Below are positions 16,006 through 19,233 of a stretch of 19,233 nucleotides of DNA, piece after piece. The first letter of the stretch is position 1. Each line of letters opens with the position of its first letter. This stretch comes from Gemmatimonadota bacterium (GTDB taxonomy: Bacteria; Gemmatimonadota; Gemmatimonadetes; Palauibacterales; Palauibacteraceae), in NCBI GenBank assembly GCA_046758745.1, contig JBHIAV010000050.1, positions 1 through 19,233 of the forward strand, read 5' to 3'. The notes below the pieces were generated by a model that ran no database searches, was not told the DNA's origin, and was given only the letters and a program-made list of their open reading frames with translations. A program made the position numbers and the translations under genes.

Positions 16006-17283
16006 CTAATAGCTCTCGTGTTTGTGAGGACCGACGGCCCAAACGGCCTGGATCAGCCAGCGGTCCGACGTATCCCTCTCCCCGACGAGGTCCGGGGTCG
16101 AGCTGTGCTGCCACTCGGCGCGGAGCATCACCCACTCGCTCTGCCACCAGGTTATGCGGGGTACGATCGCCCACTCGTGCCGCCCGGAGGGTCCCTCCAA
16201 CAGCTCCACGTAATCGAAGCGTGCACCGGCGAACCAGCTCCGGCCGAGCTGATATTCCGCGCCGAGGTACGCCCCATACCGGGTGCCACCGATTCCGCCG
16301 CGCTCCTGGTGCACGGCGTATGCCTCGCCCCGCAGGGTGAACGAGCGGTACAGCCCTCGCCCCGGAGGCCGCCAGGTGTAACGCAGGTCTGCGCCGAACA
16401 GCCTCGCCTTCAGCTCCTCATCGGGGTTCTCCCCGTACGCCACGGTGCCGCCGACCTGGAAGAAGGAGGAGCGGCCGAGCTGCCAGAAGTTGTTGAGGTG
16501 ACCGAGCACGGAGAGCCGGTCCCCCTTCTGGAACAGCTCCTCGCTCTCGCCGACGGTGAGCTCCCCCCACAGCTCGTGAGTGGCGCCGCCAGGGCCGTCG
16601 AACGGGGCTAGCCAGTACACGCGCAGGCCGTTCCCGACAAGGCCCTCCTCCCCGAAATAGGTACGATACACGAGTGGGTACTCGCTCTCGGGAAGGGCGT
16701 GCAGGTGCACCCGGTTCAGATCCCCGACCTGCTGGCGGAGGCGCCCGAGGTCGACCCGGAAGCCGCCGGGCAGGCCGCTCCAGTAGGCGTAACCCTCCTC
16801 CAGGTCCAGCTCGCCTTCCTCGAACGAGAGGAAGATCTTCGTGCTGGCGTACGGGTCGAGCGCCGCCTGGAAAGCGAACTCGAACTCCCGGAGGTCGACG
16901 TTGTCGGCTTGCGGGCCCGGTCGAACGGCCGCCAGCCGAACGTCGCCCGTGATGCTGATCTCGGGGTTGAGCCGGTTCAGGCTGCCCACCGGCGGCCCGC
17001 CCTGCGTCCCCTCCGCCGCCGTCGTGTCAGCCTGCTCTCCAGCCGCGGCCGCCGCAGCGCGCAGCGCCGCCAGCTCATCCACGACCTCGAGCGTGTCGGC
17101 CCGTGCGGTACGCAGCGAGTCGACGAGCCATGCCAGCGAGTCGAGCCGCGCGTTGAGAGCGTGGACTTCGGCGATCAGCGAGTCGGTGGTGGACGTGGGG
17201 CGCTCCTGGGCCCGGACGGTGGCCGGTCCGGCCAGACCGGCCGCCACCCCTGCGACTGCACACCAAGTTGTCGACGTTCGCAA
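16006..17283 (-). CDS. Outer-membrane beta-barrel (porin-like) protein linked to metal uptake
   Basis: TTG start with AGGAGG 8 nt upstream. Signal peptide, coiled-coil segment, then NPEISITGD, REFEFAFQAALDPY, LNRVHLH and alternating beta-strands. His-containing C-terminus GPHKHESY. Confidence 0.8.
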   Translation of the reverse strand: MRTSTTWCAVAGVAAGLAGPATVRAQERPTSTTDSLIAEVHALNARLDSLAWLVDSLRTARADTLEVVDELAALRAAAAAAGEQADTTAAEGTQGGPPVGSLNRLNPEISITGDVRLAAVRPGPQADNVDLREFEFAFQAALDPYASTKIFLSFEEGELDLEEGYAYWSGLPGGFRVDLGRLRQQVGDLNRVHLHALPESEYPLVYRTYFGEEGLVGNGLRVYWLAPFDGPGGATHELWGELTVGESEELFQKGDRLSVLGHLNNFWQLGRSSFFQVGGTVAYGENPDEELKARLFGADLRYTWRPPGRGLYRSFTLRGEAYAVHQERGGIGGTRYGAYLGAEYQLGRSWFAGARFDYVELLEGPSGRHEWAIVPRITWWQSEWVMLRAEWQHSSTPDLVGERDTSDRWLIQAVWAVGPHKHESY

Positions 17284-17291
17284 TGCGGAAA

Positions 17292-17387
17292 CCTCCTGCT
17301 CTGAGGCTACTCTGTGGCGTCGAGCGACGGCCGCGCTGCGCGGACGCCGGCGGGACGCGAATCAGATCGTTTGCCTCAGGCCGGAGG
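17292..17387 (-). promoter_or_regulatory. SD-sequestering stem between the RAPP codons of the uORF and the RBS of the beta-barrel gene
   Basis: mRNA CCUCCGGCCUGAGGC (17387-17373) pairs with GCCUCAGAGCAGGAGG (17307-17292): 14 Watson-Crick pairs, one mismatch, one bulge. An inner GGCGUC/GACGCC helix is also present. Confidence 0.75.
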
Positions 17388-17678
17388 GGCGCGGGAGAGC
17401 TTGGATTCGAGGTGTCGGAGGATCGGAGGCCGCTTGGCGATCTCGGCCTCGGGCGTGCGCTCGATCGTCGGAGGTGGCGAGGGCGCGAGGGCGGGGGGAG
17501 CCTGGCGGTCCGGCAGGTGACCAACGTGGCAGACGGCGCAGGCTTGCGGATACTCCGCGCCGCCGTGGTGGCCGTGCCCGCTCGATATGCCGACCCTCAC
17601 GAAGAGCGCCGCCGCCAGGATAAGCGGTACGGCGCGACCGATGCGCCACTCCCGAATCGTCCGAATCCGCATTCTCAC
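17376..17678 (-). CDS. DUF2946-like (CruR/CutF-type) upstream regulatory ORF with His-rich/CxxC segment and C-terminal RAPP arrest motif
   Basis: Basic N-terminus plus hydrophobic stretch, then HGHH, CAVCH, a Pro-rich linker and SRAPPA*. Lies directly upstream of the metal uptake genes. Start is GTG 17678 or ATG 17672. Confidence 0.85.
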   Translation of the reverse strand: MRMRIRTIREWRIGRAVPLILAAALFVRVGISSGHGHHGGAEYPQACAVCHVGHLPDRQAPPALAPSPPPTIERTPEAEIAKRPPILRHLESKLSRAPPA

Positions 17679-17853
17679 GCCACTTCCCTACCACTCACCG
17701 ATCCGGGAGGTTCCATTGGAGAGGCTCCTCGGGCGTCCCGCCCGCGCCCGGTGCCCCATGATGGAGCTGGACGTACGGCGCGCCCGGCAGTCGGTCCGAA
17801 AGGGGCGAGCCTCGACCGTTGGAGCCTCGAGCGCGTCGCCAGTGGCCGAAGAG

Positions 17854-18858
17854 TCACTCCGACACCCTCAGCACGCCGGTCCCGGCGATCTCATCCCGCT
17901 TGAGCCTGAGCAGCGCCTCGTTCGCCTTCTCCAGGGAGAAGGTCGTGACCTCCGGCCGGATGGGGATCTCCGCCGCCTCCTCGAGCAGCCGCCTCCCATC
18001 CTCGCGGGTGTTCGCCTCCACGCTCCGCAGGTTCTTCTCATGGAAGAGATACTCTTCGTAACTCATCTCGGGGATGGGGCTCATGTGAATCCCGGCCAGG
18101 GCGACCGTCCCGCCCTTGCCGAGAGCTCGCAGGGCCCGCGGCACGATCTCGCCCGCCGGCGCGAAGACGATCGCGCTGTCCACCGGCACCGGCGGTTCCT
18201 CTCCGGCTCCGCCGACCCAGGCTGCGCCCATGCGCCGGGCGAGCTCTTGGTGGCCCTCTCCGCGGGTCACCACGAACACCTCGCAGCCGCGGTGCAGGGC
18301 GAGCTGGATCACCACGTGGGCCGAGGAGCCGAAGCCGTACAGTGCCAGGCGACCGCGGTCCGGGACTTCACTCCTGCGCAGAGCGCGGTAGCCGATGATT
18401 CCCGCGCACAGGAGCGGGGCCGCTTCGAGGTCCGAGAAGCCGCCGGGGATCCGGTAGGCGAAATCCTCCGCCACGACGGCCAGCTCGGCGTACCCGCCGT
18501 CCTCGTGATATCCCGTGTAGCCGGAGGCCTCACACAGGTTCTCCCTTCCGCTCCGGCAAAAGCCGCAGGTTCCGCATGTCCGGCGGAGCCATGCGATCCC
18601 GACGCGCTCCCCCGGACGCAACGTCCGGCTCCCCTCGCCACACTTCTCCACGACGCCCACCGCCTGATGCCCCGGCACGATCGGCAGGCGGCGCGTTGGA
18701 AGGTCGCCCTCGATGACGTGGAGGTCCGTTCGACAGATGGCGCACGCCCGGACGCGCACCAGAATCTCGCCCGGGCCGGGAGTGGGATCCGGGAGGGTGA
18801 CCGGCTCGAGGGGACGCGTCTCGATCGGCGCGATCCGTCCCAGGAGCATCGCTCTCAC
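17854..18858 (-). CDS. Zinc-binding alcohol dehydrogenase family protein (MDR, 334 aa)
   Basis: GGAG plus GTG 18858. Motifs CRTDLH, PGHQ, GERVG, CGTCGFCRSGRENLC, AAPLLCAG and GFGSSA. Confidence 0.93.
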   Translation of the reverse strand: MRAMLLGRIAPIETRPLEPVTLPDPTPGPGEILVRVRACAICRTDLHVIEGDLPTRRLPIVPGHQAVGVVEKCGEGSRTLRPGERVGIAWLRRTCGTCGFCRSGRENLCEASGYTGYHEDGGYAELAVVAEDFAYRIPGGFSDLEAAPLLCAGIIGYRALRRSEVPDRGRLALYGFGSSAHVVIQLALHRGCEVFVVTRGEGHQELARRMGAAWVGGAGEEPPVPVDSAIVFAPAGEIVPRALRALGKGGTVALAGIHMSPIPEMSYEEYLFHEKNLRSVEANTREDGRRLLEEAAEIPIRPEVTTFSLEKANEALLRLKRDEIAGTGVLRVSE

Positions 18859-18948
18859 GCTGTCATCTCCACATACGGTCCTCTTGACGGCCACGGCTCG
18901 CCCCACGGCAGGGGGCGCCTCGCGGCGGCCGGCGTGCGCAGCGGGTTG

Positions 18949-19150
18949 CCGGACACACTCGGCGTGCTGCACCTCGAACTGTATCAGAACCTGCATGCCT
19001 CGGGCGCTGCCCGCCACGAACCGGTGGAAGTGACGGGTGGGGTGGTGCTGCGCCGGGTCGCGGCACCCGGGAGCTTCAACGAGAACGTGGCGGAGGACGA
19101 GTTCTTCCCGGCTTGCACCACGAGATCGAGGACAGGGATCGGTACGTAGC
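18949..19150 (+). pseudogene. Probable remnant of an M1-family metallopeptidase gene
   Basis: PDTLGVLHLELYQNLHASGAARHEPVEVTGGVVLRRVA resembles the M1 N-terminal 'PDTL..L.L.LYQN' segment. It is joined directly to SFNENVAEDEFFP, resembling the helix after the 'WMDEG' Zn ligand. No start, HEXXH or intact frame. Recognition is from memory of the family. Confidence 0.45.
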
Positions 19151-19233
19151 TGCGCCGGTGCACGAGCGAGGGCCCGACGGGGCACGAGGGAGAAGGCCGC
19201 TCCCCGCGGCAGAGCACGTCTTCGACCCCTAGG

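Noticed and set aside
17587-18948. 520-aa plus-strand ORF (17587-19149)
   Set aside because: Mostly antisense to the ADH gene; only its last ~65 codons look protein-like (treated as a pseudogene fragment).

Overview
High-GC bacterial DNA; several protein styles suggest Gemmatimonadota, but this is inference. The left part (1-6390) lies downstream of the 3' end of a tRNA-Gly and looks accessory. It holds the 3' end of a TlpA/redoxin-like gene, a 68-aa secreted Cys-containing peptide, a 6-bladed beta-propeller protein, a small HTH-like ORF, an eroded SDR pseudogene, and a ~1137-aa fusion of a Mo/W-bisPGD oxidoreductase with a NifS/IscS cysteine desulfurase. The middle has tRNA-Val(CAC) and tRNA-Gly(CCC) with a near-consensus sigma70 promoter, a VTT membrane protein plus radical SAM pair, a double zinc ribbon plus trmJ pair, glgP and a short divergent rho. 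The right part has a metal-uptake operon (OM beta-barrel, ZnuA-like SBP, ZnuB-like permease, no ATPase). It is headed by a DUF2946-like His/CxxC uORF ending in RAPP, whose last codons pair with the Shine-Dalgarno of the next gene, a candidate metal-sensing ribosome-stalling switch. The window ends with a Zn-ADH-family gene and a probable M1 peptidase remnant.
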